Shown here: piece by piece, positions 1-11,843 of the stretch | Layout of the letters: the number at the start of each line of letters is the position of its first letter | How positions within the stretch are numbered: position 1 is the first letter of the stretch | Source: an uncultured Verrucomicrobiae bacterium | GTDB lineage: Bacteria > Verrucomicrobiota > Verrucomicrobiia > Chthoniobacterales > JAFAMB01 | Length of the DNA: 64,000 nucleotides | Direction: 5' to 3' | NCBI GenBank assembly: GCA_963837955.1 | Contig: CAWIPH010000002.1 | Span: 256,001-320,000 of the forward strand | Program-made: the position numbers and the translations under genes | Notes under the pieces: generated by a model | Seen by the model: the letters and a program-made list of their open reading frames with translations, nothing else | Told to the model about the DNA's origin: nothing | Databases searched by the model: none

Positions 1-126
1 GAGTACTTTGAAACGCGGAAAGAAAATCTTCTCACAGAAATTCTAGAAAAGCTGGCGATAGACAAGGAGCTCGACGAAAAGCTGCACTCCGCGCTCAAAG
101 ATTTTAAGCTGTTCTATAAACCGTAG
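1..126 (+). CDS. atpA: ATP synthase F1 alpha subunit, C-terminal fragment (partial)
   Basis: Frame 1 reads EYFETRKENLLTEILEKLAIDKELDEKLHSALKDFKLFYKP* and stops 5 nt before atpG; matches atpA-atpG-atpD-atpC order. Confidence 0.85.
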   Translation, partial: EYFETRKENLLTEILEKLAIDKELDEKLHSALKDFKLFYKP

Positions 127-131
127 GGCTC

Positions 132-2400
<2,269 letters not shown>

Positions 2401-2406
2401 TTAGCG

Positions 2407-2817
2407 ATGCCGAAATTGAAGCTCGAAATCGTGACTCCGGAAGGGCGAGCGTATCAGGACGATGTGGATATGGTTGTTCTGCCCGGTTTCGATGGGGAGC
2501 TGGGTGTTTATCCGGCTCACGTTCCCTTAATGACTCAGCTTGTGCCAGGGGAGCTGAGGATTTTTAAGGACGGAAATCAAAAAGAATTAGTCGTCGGATC
2601 CGGCTTCGCTGAGATTACGCAAACCCAGGTTTCTGTGCTCACCGATTCCGCCCTGGAAGACGAGTTAATCGACGAGAGAATCACCCAAGAAGCGATTCAG
2701 CGCGCGGAAGCCGCCCTCCAGGACAAGAGTCTAGCGAGTGACGAGACCACCGAGGCTGAGGCGATATTAGCGCGATCACTCGCTCAGCTGAGATTCAAGC
2801 GCCGCCGCAGACACTAA
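2407..2817 (+). CDS. atpC: ATP synthase F1 epsilon subunit
   Basis: LEIVTPE...GELGVYPAHVP...GFAEI; position after atpD. Confidence 0.97.
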   Translation: MPKLKLEIVTPEGRAYQDDVDMVVLPGFDGELGVYPAHVPLMTQLVPGELRIFKDGNQKELVVGSGFAEITQTQVSVLTDSALEDELIDERITQEAIQRAEAALQDKSLASDETTEAEAILARSLAQLRFKRRRRH

Positions 2818-2832
2818 TTAGCCGAGGATACG

Positions 2833-3030
2833 CTGATAACGGAGGGCGCGGCGCTTCCGACTTCGCCAGTTTGTTGCGATTCTTTGCCATCGGGAAAGGC
2901 TTCGTCGAGACACGTGCGCCGCCCGCGAATCACCCACGACAGGAGAGCATCATCAGATCATTCGGCTCGGTTCCTCGGTACGCGCCGGATTATTCCCGGG
3001 CGGCGCAAGCGCCGCGCCCTCCGTTATCAG
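2833..3030. repeat. REP/MITE-like palindromic element, family A (198 bp)
   Basis: Perfect 24-bp terminal inverted repeat CTGATAACGGAGGGCGCGGCGCTT (2833-2856 / 3007-3030); inner 14/15 inverted repeat 2916-2930 / 2992-3006; lies between convergent atpC and hisD. Confidence 0.8.
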
Positions 3031-3033
3031 GGG

Positions 3034-4332
3034 CTATCCGGCGGACTTTTCAAACCGAATGCGCGCAGAACGCCCGTGAGCTTCCAGATGCTCTGCCTCA
3101 CTGAATTTGTCGAGCACAGGTAACGATTTTTGGAGAGCTTCCGGGCTGTAGCTCACGATGCTGGTTCTTCGCTGAAATTGGTCTACGGTCAGGCCACCGA
3201 ATGATCTTCCGGCGCCACCGGTAGGCAATTCATGACTAGGTCCGGCCAAAAAATCGCCTGCGACCACCGGCGAGTAGGGACCCAAAAAGATAGCTCCGGC
3301 GTTTCTAATCTGTCCTGCGACTCTCCAAGGATCTTCTGTGACTATCGATAAATGTTCGGGAGCAAAGTCGTTGGCGAATTGGATCGCGTGAGCAATATCC
3401 CTGACGAGTACTGCGTAGGCTCGGCTAGAGATAACCTCTTCCAGATAATTTCGTCGCGGCAGACTGGCTATCTGCTTCGTCAACTCCGCCTGGGTCGCTT
3501 CCAACATCGATCGCTCTGGCGAGACCACGCAAATTACACTTCCCGGACCATGCTCGGCCTGCGCCAGGAGATCGGCCGCCACCCAAGCGGGCCTGGCGCT
3601 GCCGTCGCTCAGCACCAGGATTTCACTCGGTCCTGGTAATAGATCCACGGCCGCATACCCGAATACTTGCCGTTTGGCCTCGGTAACATAGGCGTTTCCT
3701 GGACCAAAAATCTTGTCAACCTTTGGAATCGTTTCCGTTCCAAATGCCAAAGCGGCGATTGCGTGGGCACCGCCGACTTTGAAAATCTCGGTTGCTCCCG
3801 CAATCTGCAATGCGCTGAGCAACGCGTGATTCATTCTCTTTTCAGATCCGACCGGCGAGACTACTACGATCTCAGGGACGCCGACTGCCGTGGCCAGCGA
3901 GACGGTCATAATGGCCGACGAGACAAGCGGGGCAGTGCCGGCTGGGACGTAGATGCCGACTCTTTGAAACGGATGAAAAGACTCTCCGACCTTGGCTCCT
4001 TGCTCATTCTCCGAGAGCCAGTCGGCGCGCTGGCTTTTTCTCGCAAAGTCCAGGACATTTCGTTTGGCTGCCTCCAATGCGTCCCGGAGGACCGGATCTA
4101 GGTGTCCCAAGGCTTCATCTATTTCGGATTGATTAACCCGCAGCTCGTCCCGAGAAAAGAGAGCGCGGTCAAATTGCTGGACCAATCTGAGCAACGCTTC
4201 GTCGCCTCCGAGACGCACCTCACCGAGGATCTCCCGTACCTGCTCGACCAGGCGATCGTCGGGAGTGTATCTACGGTCGAATTCCTCGGCTTTGGTCGCA
4301 CTCTCCTCGGAATTTAAGTCGATAAACTTCAT
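3034..4332 (-). CDS. hisD: Histidinol dehydrogenase
   Basis: GIYVPAGTAPL, KIFGPGNAYV, GPSEIL, DLLAQAEH, APEHL, AGPSHELPT; start placed at ATG 4332 (MKFIDL). Confidence 0.97.
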   Translation of the reverse strand: MKFIDLNSEESATKAEEFDRRYTPDDRLVEQVREILGEVRLGGDEALLRLVQQFDRALFSRDELRVNQSEIDEALGHLDPVLRDALEAAKRNVLDFARKSQRADWLSENEQGAKVGESFHPFQRVGIYVPAGTAPLVSSAIMTVSLATAVGVPEIVVVSPVGSEKRMNHALLSALQIAGATEIFKVGGAHAIAALAFGTETIPKVDKIFGPGNAYVTEAKRQVFGYAAVDLLPGPSEILVLSDGSARPAWVAADLLAQAEHGPGSVICVVSPERSMLEATQAELTKQIASLPRRNYLEEVISSRAYAVLVRDIAHAIQFANDFAPEHLSIVTEDPWRVAGQIRNAGAIFLGPYSPVVAGDFLAGPSHELPTGGAGRSFGGLTVDQFQRRTSIVSYSPEALQKSLPVLDKFSEAEHLEAHGRSARIRFEKSAG

Positions 4333-4863
4333 GCCGAGCCGGATACTGTACCGTGACTTGTATTCTCGCAAGCGAGCAGGACATTCCACTTTGCGAGCGC
4401 CGTCTATCTGCTCAAGGTCGAGGTGATTGCGGTCGAGCCAATCAATCGTTAGCCCAGAAAATGCATGAGGCGAAATAGTTTGAACTTCCCTGTGACCGCC
4501 TAACCAGCCCGTTTCTCATGAGGGGAAGGTGATGATTGGGCAGAAAAGGAAACGTTGATTTCCTGGAAGATCCGAGCGTATCGTCCTCAACTTTTAACAC
4601 AGAACGAACGCCGGCCTCCTGGTAGGCAGATAATTCGATTGGACCGAACAAGTACCTTAAAACATGGAAGCTCGAGTTTTGCGAGCAGCCCCAACGCGAT
4701 CTGAGTCGTCCAAATCCATAGCCCTCTAAGCCGCCACTCAGCCTTCTCTGCGGATCATGAAATTAAGCAAGCCACGATCGTCTATGATGCGTCGCTCTCG
4801 TAATTTTTGCCCGTGGTCAGGCAGCCGGAAGGAATATCGCGAAACGCTTTCTCGGTTGATCGA

Positions 4864-5868
4864 ATGAAGAAAGCTCTTATCCGCACGCTGCAGGCGGTAT
4901 TCACGATTGCCATCTTGATTTGGGTTTTTCACAGCCCAGAGAAACGTGCCCAAATGGCGGCCGCATTTGGGAAAGCCGACCTTCAATGGATGCTGATCGG
5001 GCTTCCGGTTGCGCTCTTGGGAGAAATCGCGAACATCGTCCGCTGGAAAATTCTCATGCGAGTACAAGGCATGCATTTGAGTTGGCCGCGAATCGCCCAG
5101 CTTTTCTTCGTTGGGTTGTTTTTCAATTTGTTCATGCCGGGATACACCGGCGGAGACTTTGCCCGGATTTACTTCTCGATGCGCGAATTTCCCGACCAAA
5201 AAAAAGAGGTGATCCTCACGATTGTCATGGATCGCCTCATTGGCATGCTGGCTCTAGTTCTGGCGGCCGTGGTTACAACCAGCTTCCGCTGGCAATGGTT
5301 ACAACAAACCCCTCAAGCTTCCTTTTTGCTCGGAATTCTTCTTTGTATGTTGGTCGGTTTCACGGTCATAACCGCCGGATCTTTTTTGGTGAGCGGCTTG
5401 AAACTAGCAAATCGTTTGCCCCGGCATACCCCTTTTCGTGAGCGACTGATCGAAACCTCTGAAGCATACCATGTATTCGCTCGCGCCAAGGTGTCGCTCC
5501 TTTGTGCGTTTTTGCTGTCGTTCCCGGTCTTGTTTTCATTCTATGGCGCATTTTATTGCGCGGCCCGAGCGGTGCATGCGACGGTCTCGTTTCTCGATAT
5601 GATCACGATCATGCCGATCGTCACTTGCATCATTTCGCTCCCGATCACACCGGGGGGTGTCGGATTTCGTGAATCGCTGTTCGAGATTCTTCTGAGCGAA
5701 CTGTGCAAGGTCCCCGGCGAAGTCGCGGTACTGATTTCCCTGCTTGGTTTTTCATACTTTCTTCTATTCGGGATGGTTGGAGGTATCTGCTATCTGTTCT
5801 ATTCGCCCAGAGCACGCGCTCGCTGGCGCGATATGCAGAGCGAAGTGGAAAGAGTGCACAGCCAATAG
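4864..5868 (+). CDS. Lysylphosphatidylglycerol synthase transmembrane-domain (flippase-like) protein
   Basis: Multiple TM helices; RWKILM, GLFFNLFMPGYTGGD, MDRLIG, PITPGGVGFRE motifs; start placed at ATG 4864. Confidence 0.85.
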   Translation: MKKALIRTLQAVFTIAILIWVFHSPEKRAQMAAAFGKADLQWMLIGLPVALLGEIANIVRWKILMRVQGMHLSWPRIAQLFFVGLFFNLFMPGYTGGDFARIYFSMREFPDQKKEVILTIVMDRLIGMLALVLAAVVTTSFRWQWLQQTPQASFLLGILLCMLVGFTVITAGSFLVSGLKLANRLPRHTPFRERLIETSEAYHVFARAKVSLLCAFLLSFPVLFSFYGAFYCAARAVHATVSFLDMITIMPIVTCIISLPITPGGVGFRESLFEILLSELCKVPGEVAVLISLLGFSYFLLFGMVGGICYLFYSPRARARWRDMQSEVERVHSQ

Positions 5869-5931
5869 CGTTTTCAGGTGACCTCAAGAAGAGGAGGGTT
5901 GCAGGCTGGGCGGATCCAGCTTTGTTCCGGT

Positions 5932-6777
5932 ATGGATCTACTTCTTGGGCATTCCCCGGATCCCGATGACGCGTTCATGTTTTATGCGCTTGCCGAAAAC
6001 AAGATCGATACCCGGGGCTACCGTTTTCAGCACATTCTCCAGGACATCGAGACGCTGAACCAGCGTGCGTTGCGCGGCGAGCTTCACATCTCTGCCGTCT
6101 CCATTCACGCGTACGCCTTTCTCACTTCACAGTATGCGCTATTGCCCTGCGGGGCTAGCATGGGAGACGGATACGGCCCCATGTTAGTCTCGTTGTCTGT
6201 TCCGCCAAAGGGCGCGTCAGAGATAGGAGAGTGGCTGGCTGATAAGACTATCGCAGTACCCGGTCTGAAGACCAGCGCGTACCTTGCTTTCCGACTCTTT
6301 ACTCCAAACGGGTCGACCGTAGTGGTGCCGTTTGACGAAATCTTTGATTTTGTTAAAGCGGGCAAGGCGGATGTGGGGTTGCTCATTCACGAGGGACAGC
6401 TCACCTATGCGCAACAAGGGTTCCATTTGGTCCTCGATCTCGGTGCGTGGTGGAAGGATCAAACCGGGGTTCCATTACCGTTAGGTGGAAATGTGATCCG
6501 GAAGGATATATCGCCAAACCAACGCAAAGAGATTTCCGATATCCTAAAGGAAAGCATCCGTTACGGGCTGCAAAACCGCGCGGCTGGAGTGCAACATTCC
6601 ATGCCGTTAGCCCGCGGTTTGGATTTAGCCCAAGCGGACAAGTTTATTGGGATGTACGTGAACGACTTTACCTTGGACTACGGCAAAACTGGCAGGCACG
6701 CGATTCGCGAATTCCTAGGGCAGGCAAGCAACCGGGGCCTTATTCCAGAACCAGTCGAGATTGAATTCGTAGAGTAG
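5932..6777 (+). CDS. mqnD: MqnA/MqnD family protein, likely 1,4-dihydroxy-6-naphthoate synthase (futalosine pathway)
   Basis: GHSPDPDDAFMFYAL, GASMGDGYGP, LIHEGQLTY, PLPLGGNVIR. Confidence 0.88.
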   Translation: MDLLLGHSPDPDDAFMFYALAENKIDTRGYRFQHILQDIETLNQRALRGELHISAVSIHAYAFLTSQYALLPCGASMGDGYGPMLVSLSVPPKGASEIGEWLADKTIAVPGLKTSAYLAFRLFTPNGSTVVVPFDEIFDFVKAGKADVGLLIHEGQLTYAQQGFHLVLDLGAWWKDQTGVPLPLGGNVIRKDISPNQRKEISDILKESIRYGLQNRAAGVQHSMPLARGLDLAQADKFIGMYVNDFTLDYGKTGRHAIREFLGQASNRGLIPEPVEIEFVE

Positions 6778-6884
6778 TGAGGAGGGGAACGGTATCAGCA
6801 GGGTCGGCTTGCCGCGTCCGCGGGGCGCCCCTAGCGGGATGTTTGAGGAGAGCATCCCTTTGGCCGTTCGATACAACCCTGACT

Positions 6885-7063
6885 GGTAGGGCGAAAACCT
6901 CGACGCGCCGGGAACGTTTCGATTTCTTTTGCGTGGATCGCGCCGGGTTTGAGCCGCCCGTTGCATCAATCTGTGTTGCGTTTTTTCTTCGCGTTCGTCA
7001 GTAGGCCAGGCACGAACGGCTCAAGCCGGTCCGGCCGATACCGTACCAGGCTTTCGCCCTACC
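6885..7063. repeat. REP/MITE-like palindromic element, family B (GTAG-type ends)
   Basis: GGTAGGGCGAAAACCT (6885-6900) vs AGGCTTTCGCCCTACC (7048-7063), 15/16 inverted match; imperfect inner inverted repeat around TTGAGCCG/CGGCTCAA; between convergent genes. Confidence 0.7.
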
Positions 7064-7105
7064 GATCGGAGGTCAACAGAACGCAGTTGTTACCGACGAC
7101 GGTCC

Positions 7106-7444
7106 CTAGCGCTGAAATAGAACGTTGGCCGCTGCGTGCTGTTCCGGAGGACACGCCGCGTTGGTCGGAACTTCGGTAGGATTGGAGTTCGCCTTGATCA
7201 GGTCCTTCTCGACGAGGTATCTCTCTACTTCCTCGCCGCTGATATCTGCCAACATGACGCCATTGATCTCGATACAGGGTGACAGTGGTTGGCCGCTCTT
7301 CTGTTCCATCTCCCAGCGAAACGCCGGGTTTTGAATAATATCCTTCTCTTGATACGGGAGGTTGTACTTTCGTAGGACAGCGCGGACCCCGTTGCTCCAT
7401 CCACATTGGGTTTTCAAGTACGCGACAATTTGTGGTGTTTCCAT
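7106..7444 (-). CDS. Monothiol glutaredoxin-like protein
   Basis: CGWS active-site motif, SGQPLSP cis-Pro region, thioredoxin-fold size. Confidence 0.85.
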   Translation of the reverse strand: METPQIVAYLKTQCGWSNGVRAVLRKYNLPYQEKDIIQNPAFRWEMEQKSGQPLSPCIEINGVMLADISGEEVERYLVEKDLIKANSNPTEVPTNAACPPEQHAAANVLFQR

Positions 7445-7576
7445 GCTAATTTGTTTTGCTTTGCGTTGTTAACTCTAACTTGCAGTCTGCCGGAGCGGCT
7501 GTCGACCCGTATCTCCAGCTCGAGCCAAGCTTACTTTCTAGCTGGGAAGCTGCGGTAAGATTCGCAGATTCTCAAT

Positions 7577-7611
7577 GAAAAAGGCGCCCAGAATCACTCG
7601 GGCGCCTTTTC
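7577..7611 (-). terminator. Intrinsic terminator of rpsA
   Basis: Minus strand AAAAGGCGCCC-gagtgattct-GGGCGCCTTTTT, 12 nt after the rpsA stop. Confidence 0.85.
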
Positions 7612-7623
7612 CGGATTATTAAA

Positions 7624-9303
7624 CTATTTTCTTCGGTCACCAGGCCGGTACTCTTCCTCGGCCGCTTGGAACGCCTGCTCCAACCCAACCATGTCTTCAC
7701 CTGGTCGGAGGCTATCAAAGGCTTCAGTCTCGCGCCTCAGTTCGTCCTCAGAGTAGTGAGCAGCCTTGATCGAAAGGCCGATCCGCCGTTCCGCTTTATC
7801 AACCTTGATAACGCGAGCCTCGACGTCTTGGCCCACTTTCAGAACATCTTTGACCTTAGCAACGTGTTCTTCGCTGAGCTGGGAGATGTGCACCAATCCA
7901 TCGATGTCGTCTTGCAATTGGACGAACGCCCCGAAACTGGCCAGCTTAGTTACCTTTCCTTTGACCAGGTCACCGATCTTATACTTCTGATCGATTTCCT
8001 TCCACGGATCGGATTCAAGTTGCTTAATTCCCAAACTGATTCGTTGGTTGACCTTGTCGATATCGAGAACGACCGCTTCCACCTCGTCACCCTTTTTCAA
8101 GATCTCGCTCGGATGATTGATCTTGCGAGTCCAGCTGAGATCGGAAACGTGGATCATGCCATCGATACCCTCTTCCAATTCTACGAAGGCACCATAGGCG
8201 GTCATGTTACGAATCTTCCCTTTGACTTCGGAACCGATCACATAGCGCTGTTCGATAGCATCCCAAGGATTCGGTTCGAGTTGGCGGACGCCCAGAGAAA
8301 TTTTTTGCTCTTCTTTATTTACGCCGAGCACGATCGCATCGATTTCCTGGCCCTGCGTCAGCACATCAGAAGGACGCGTAATCCGCTTAGTCCAGGAGAG
8401 CTCAGAGACGTGGATGAGACCCTCGACTCCTTCTTCGATCTCTACGAACGCACCGTAGGGCACCAGATTAGTAACCTTTCCGTGCACTCTCGCGCTGACC
8501 GGGAAACGTTCCTCGATCTTGTCCCACGGGTTGCGCTGGGTCTGCTTTAAGCCCAACGAGACGCGCTCTTTTTCTTTGTTGATGTCGAGAACAACAACAT
8601 CAAGGGGCTGGCCGATCTTGAGAAGCTCGCTTGGGTGAGTGAGCCGGCCCCAGGTCATATCTGTGATATGAAGAAGCCCATCCATGCCATCCAGGTCGAT
8701 GAATGCGCCGAAATCGGTGAGATTTTTAACGCTTCCCTTGACCGTGTCGCCGACCTTCACGGATTCCAGGAACTTGGTTCGTTTCTCCGCGCGTTCTTGT
8801 TCAATGATCTCGCGCCGGCTCAAAACGACATTTTTGCGCTCATCGTTGATCTTAACAATTTTGAAGTCGTAGGTATTACCGACGAATTGCTGGAGATCCT
8901 TTGGAGGTACGATATCGATCTGCGATCCAGGAAGGAAAGCCTCTACCCCGATATTTACCGTGAGTCCCCCTTTGACCACCGCTTTCACCTTCCCTTTGAT
9001 CAATCCATCGCCTTCAAAAACTTTGACGATCTTGTCCCAGTTTTGCTTATGGGCGGCTTTTTCTTTCGACAGAACAACCATCCCATCTTCATTTTCGAGC
9101 CGTTCCAGCAGTACCTCGACCTCGTCGCCTACTTCGACTTCGTCAGAATCTTCAAATTCCGACACCGGGATTACGCCCTCGGACTTGTAGCCGATATCTA
9201 CGAGCACTTCGCGGGGACGAATTTCCAAAATCCGCCCTTTAACGATACTGCCTTCTTTGAAATCGCGCAGGGACTTCGCGATTAGCTCCTGCATCTCAGT
9301 CAT
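7624..9303 (-). CDS. rpsA: 30S ribosomal protein S1
   Basis: Six S1 domains (VDIGYKSEG, AFLPGSQID, FGAFIDL...GLLHITD and repeats). Confidence 0.99.
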   Translation of the reverse strand: MTEMQELIAKSLRDFKEGSIVKGRILEIRPREVLVDIGYKSEGVIPVSEFEDSDEVEVGDEVEVLLERLENEDGMVVLSKEKAAHKQNWDKIVKVFEGDGLIKGKVKAVVKGGLTVNIGVEAFLPGSQIDIVPPKDLQQFVGNTYDFKIVKINDERKNVVLSRREIIEQERAEKRTKFLESVKVGDTVKGSVKNLTDFGAFIDLDGMDGLLHITDMTWGRLTHPSELLKIGQPLDVVVLDINKEKERVSLGLKQTQRNPWDKIEERFPVSARVHGKVTNLVPYGAFVEIEEGVEGLIHVSELSWTKRITRPSDVLTQGQEIDAIVLGVNKEEQKISLGVRQLEPNPWDAIEQRYVIGSEVKGKIRNMTAYGAFVELEEGIDGMIHVSDLSWTRKINHPSEILKKGDEVEAVVLDIDKVNQRISLGIKQLESDPWKEIDQKYKIGDLVKGKVTKLASFGAFVQLQDDIDGLVHISQLSEEHVAKVKDVLKVGQDVEARVIKVDKAERRIGLSIKAAHYSEDELRRETEAFDSLRPGEDMVGLEQAFQAAEEEYRPGDRRK

Positions 9304-9617
9304 AACAAAATTACAGACATAAACAAACCACGGTTGCCACTTAGTTTAACCTGCTCCCGGACTACCTTTCTAGGGCGCCTTTACGGGATCAGAGGAGGTG
9401 TGAACATAGCCATTCGCTCGGGGGCTGCAAGAGATTTCCGGGAACGAGAGGAGTGCAACGCAAAACCAAATGCGGGACCGGGAGTCGGTAGACTGGAACC
9501 CCGTATTCGGCAGTCGTTTGACTGCCGAGTCGAGTGGCGGAACTGAGCCTTGCCGAATAGGCGGATCTCAAGGAGAGGAGCCAGCGGGCCGTGAACCTTT
9601 AGCCCGCAACGCTCAAG

Positions 9618-9857
9618 TTACTTCATCAGGAGTATGGACCGAGCTCTCTTGATCTCCCGCGTAATTTTCCGATGCAGATAGGCAGGCATGCCGGTAACCC
9701 GACGCGGCAAGATCTTTCCGCTTTCGGTGACAAACTTACGCAGCAAGTCCGGATTTTTATAATCCAGCGCCTCAATGGCAATATCGATTCGACGCCGAGG
9801 CATGGCGCGATTGGCGCGCCGGAAATTCGATCGGCGTTTGGCGGTCTTCGGTTCCAT
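9618..9857 (-). CDS. rpsR: 30S ribosomal protein S18 (cysteine-free form)
   Basis: [26 protein letters not shown]...EIKRAR. Confidence 0.97.
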   Translation of the reverse strand: MEPKTAKRRSNFRRANRAMPRRRIDIAIEALDYKNPDLLRKFVTESGKILPRRVTGMPAYLHRKITREIKRARSILLMK

Positions 9858-9861
9858 GATC

Positions 9862-10035
9862 TTACTTTACTTCCCGATGCAGCGTGTGGCGCCGCAGGAA
9901 CGGGTTATACTTTTTCTTTTCCAGGCGGCCTGGGGTATTCAGGCTTTTTTTATTGCGGGTGGAGACGTAGCGAGAAACGGGTTTACCCTCGGCCTTGGCC
10001 TCGGTGCATTCCAGGATAATGATGTCTCTGGGCAT
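9862..10035 (-). CDS. rpmG: 50S ribosomal protein L33 (not in ORF track)
   Basis: Hand translation [57 protein letters not shown], 57 aa. Confidence 0.96.
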   Translation of the reverse strand: MPRDIIILECTEAKAEGKPVSRYVSTRNKKSLNTPGRLEKKKYNPFLRRHTLHREVK

Positions 10036-10037
10036 AA

Positions 10038-10622
10038 TTATTCTTTATTGTCGGAAGCTGGTTCTTCCTCTTCGCCCTCTCCACCTTCTTCGTCCGTCAA
10101 TCCAAAGAGCGAGGTAACCGGTTGCCGAATACGAGTCGCTTTCTTTTGCTTCTCTATCAGTGTCTGGCATTCCACTGTAAAACGAGCGAACGGAATTGCC
10201 TCCAGGCGAGCATGCGGAATGGCTTTTCCAGACATTTCGCACACGCCGTAGGTTCCCGCGTCAACCCGCTTGAGTGCTTCTTCAATCTCGTAAAGCGCAT
10301 CCTGCTCTTGAGAAAGCAGGCTCAGCGCAAAGTCGCGATCGTACGCGTCGCTCCCGGCGTCGGCCTGATGCATACCGAACGCGGAAGCTTCACTTCCTTC
10401 CGCTCTGGCCCGCAAAGTGTCGCGAGACACGCCCATCATGGCATCTAGCAAGCTGTCCCGGAGCTGAAGAAGCTTGGCTTTCTGCTTCTTTAGGAAAGGG
10501 CTCAGCTTTTCGTCTCCCGCGTCATTGTTTGCTCCGGTGGCCAAAACTTGAGCTGTCTGGTCCGCGGGTGAGTGCCCGTTCGCGGATGCTTCTTCTTTTT
10601 TCTGTATTTTCGATTTCGCCAT
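10038..10622 (-). CDS. DksA/TraR family transcription factor
   Basis: Coiled coil with HQADAGSD tip, [42 protein letters not shown]. Confidence 0.9.
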   Translation of the reverse strand: MAKSKIQKKEEASANGHSPADQTAQVLATGANNDAGDEKLSPFLKKQKAKLLQLRDSLLDAMMGVSRDTLRARAEGSEASAFGMHQADAGSDAYDRDFALSLLSQEQDALYEIEEALKRVDAGTYGVCEMSGKAIPHARLEAIPFARFTVECQTLIEKQKKATRIRQPVTSLFGLTDEEGGEGEEEEPASDNKE

Positions 10623-10894
10623 AAGTTAAGTGGACGAGCTGCTCCCACGCTAGCCCCTTCCCGAGCGAGGAGGGCGAACATATAATGGCAATCACCGTTC
10701 GGTTCAAGGGGAAAGATGGCGGGAAAATCGGCCCCTTTGGCCGCCGCTCCGGAGAATGCTTCTATCGGAATTGGCTCGACTTTGGTTCGACGCAAAATGC
10801 CGTTTGGATGTTTAAAACAAATCCGATTTTATTAAATTATTTTATCGCCCCTCGATTCTGAGAGCCGTGTACCGGATTTCCTTGAAAAAGAGAG

Positions 10895-11698
10895 CTAGGA
10901 ACTAGCGCTGGAATAATGATTGAGGGCGGTACGCCAGATTAGCCGAGAAAGCAAAACCATCATGATGGAAACCAATATGAGGTGACCGATAAAGGGCCAG
11001 GGCGTTTCGCTTGCGTGGATCAATACCCGGGCCGGAACATTGGTGACCACCATCACGGGAAGAACCCAGCTGAAGACGAACTTTGCCAATCCCTTAAATA
11101 CGACATCAGGGTAGCGGGCCAGGTTCATGATGTTGTAGTAACCATAAATGACACCTTGGGCCCGGACGCTCCAGAAACTAACCGTCGAAAGCCCGAACAT
11201 GACGGCGTAGTGTAAGGACACGCCGATCAAAACGGTGGCTAGGTAAAGCACGATCTGGCCGAGCGAGGGTATCACCCCGATGCGGGATAGAGCGTAACAG
11301 ACGATCAGAACGCCAACGAATGCGTTGACCAGGCTGTCAATACCGAAGCGCCGGACTGACGTAGTAAACTGGGCATCAATTGGCTGGAGCAAAACGAAAT
11401 CGAGCTTACCGGTCCGAACCAATTCGGAAAGATTCATCAGATTCGTAAAGAAAAAGGCGTTAAAGATCTGACTGATAATCTGATGTGTTCCCACCAGCAA
11501 GACCATATCCCACTTGGTCCAATCCCCGATGGCGTCTATCTGGCTGTAGATGACTTCAATGAAAATGAGCTGGCCCGCGAACCAGAAAGCTTCGACCAAC
11601 ATCCAGAGCAAGAAGTTGAGCTTAAAGTTCATCTCCCTGATCAGGGAGTTTCGCAGCATTACGCCGTAAACCTGTAGATACCTCGGGAGCTGCTTCAT
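10895..11698 (-). CDS. ABC-2 family transporter permease
   Basis: About six TM helices; VRTGKLDFVLLQP and ARYP motifs. Confidence 0.85.
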   Translation of the reverse strand: MKQLPRYLQVYGVMLRNSLIREMNFKLNFLLWMLVEAFWFAGQLIFIEVIYSQIDAIGDWTKWDMVLLVGTHQIISQIFNAFFFTNLMNLSELVRTGKLDFVLLQPIDAQFTTSVRRFGIDSLVNAFVGVLIVCYALSRIGVIPSLGQIVLYLATVLIGVSLHYAVMFGLSTVSFWSVRAQGVIYGYYNIMNLARYPDVVFKGLAKFVFSWVLPVMVVTNVPARVLIHASETPWPFIGHLILVSIMMVLLSRLIWRTALNHYSSASS

Positions 11699-11843
11699 CT
11701 TCCTCGTGACTTCAGTGCACTAGGAGGCTTCCGCGTAGAAAGGGGGGTACGGCGCTCTGGGATCAGATTAAAAGGCTAGTGGATATTGCGATCCGGACCG
11801 GACATTTGGGATCGGCCGTCCGGGCAGGAGCAACTTACAATAA

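Noticed and set aside
4442..4651. 69-aa ORF upstream of hisD as a His leader peptide
   Set aside because: Only two His codons in a long ORF with a non-ATG start and no attenuator hairpins
7666..9285. Long plus-strand ORFs (294 and 216 aa) opposite rpsA, and similar shadow ORFs opposite atpD, aroF and yidC
   Set aside because: Antisense shadows of highly conserved genes caused by codon bias
10623..10894. Zur box upstream of dksA-rpmG-rpsR
   Set aside because: An AT-rich patch exists near 10810-10845 but I could not find a convincing palindrome
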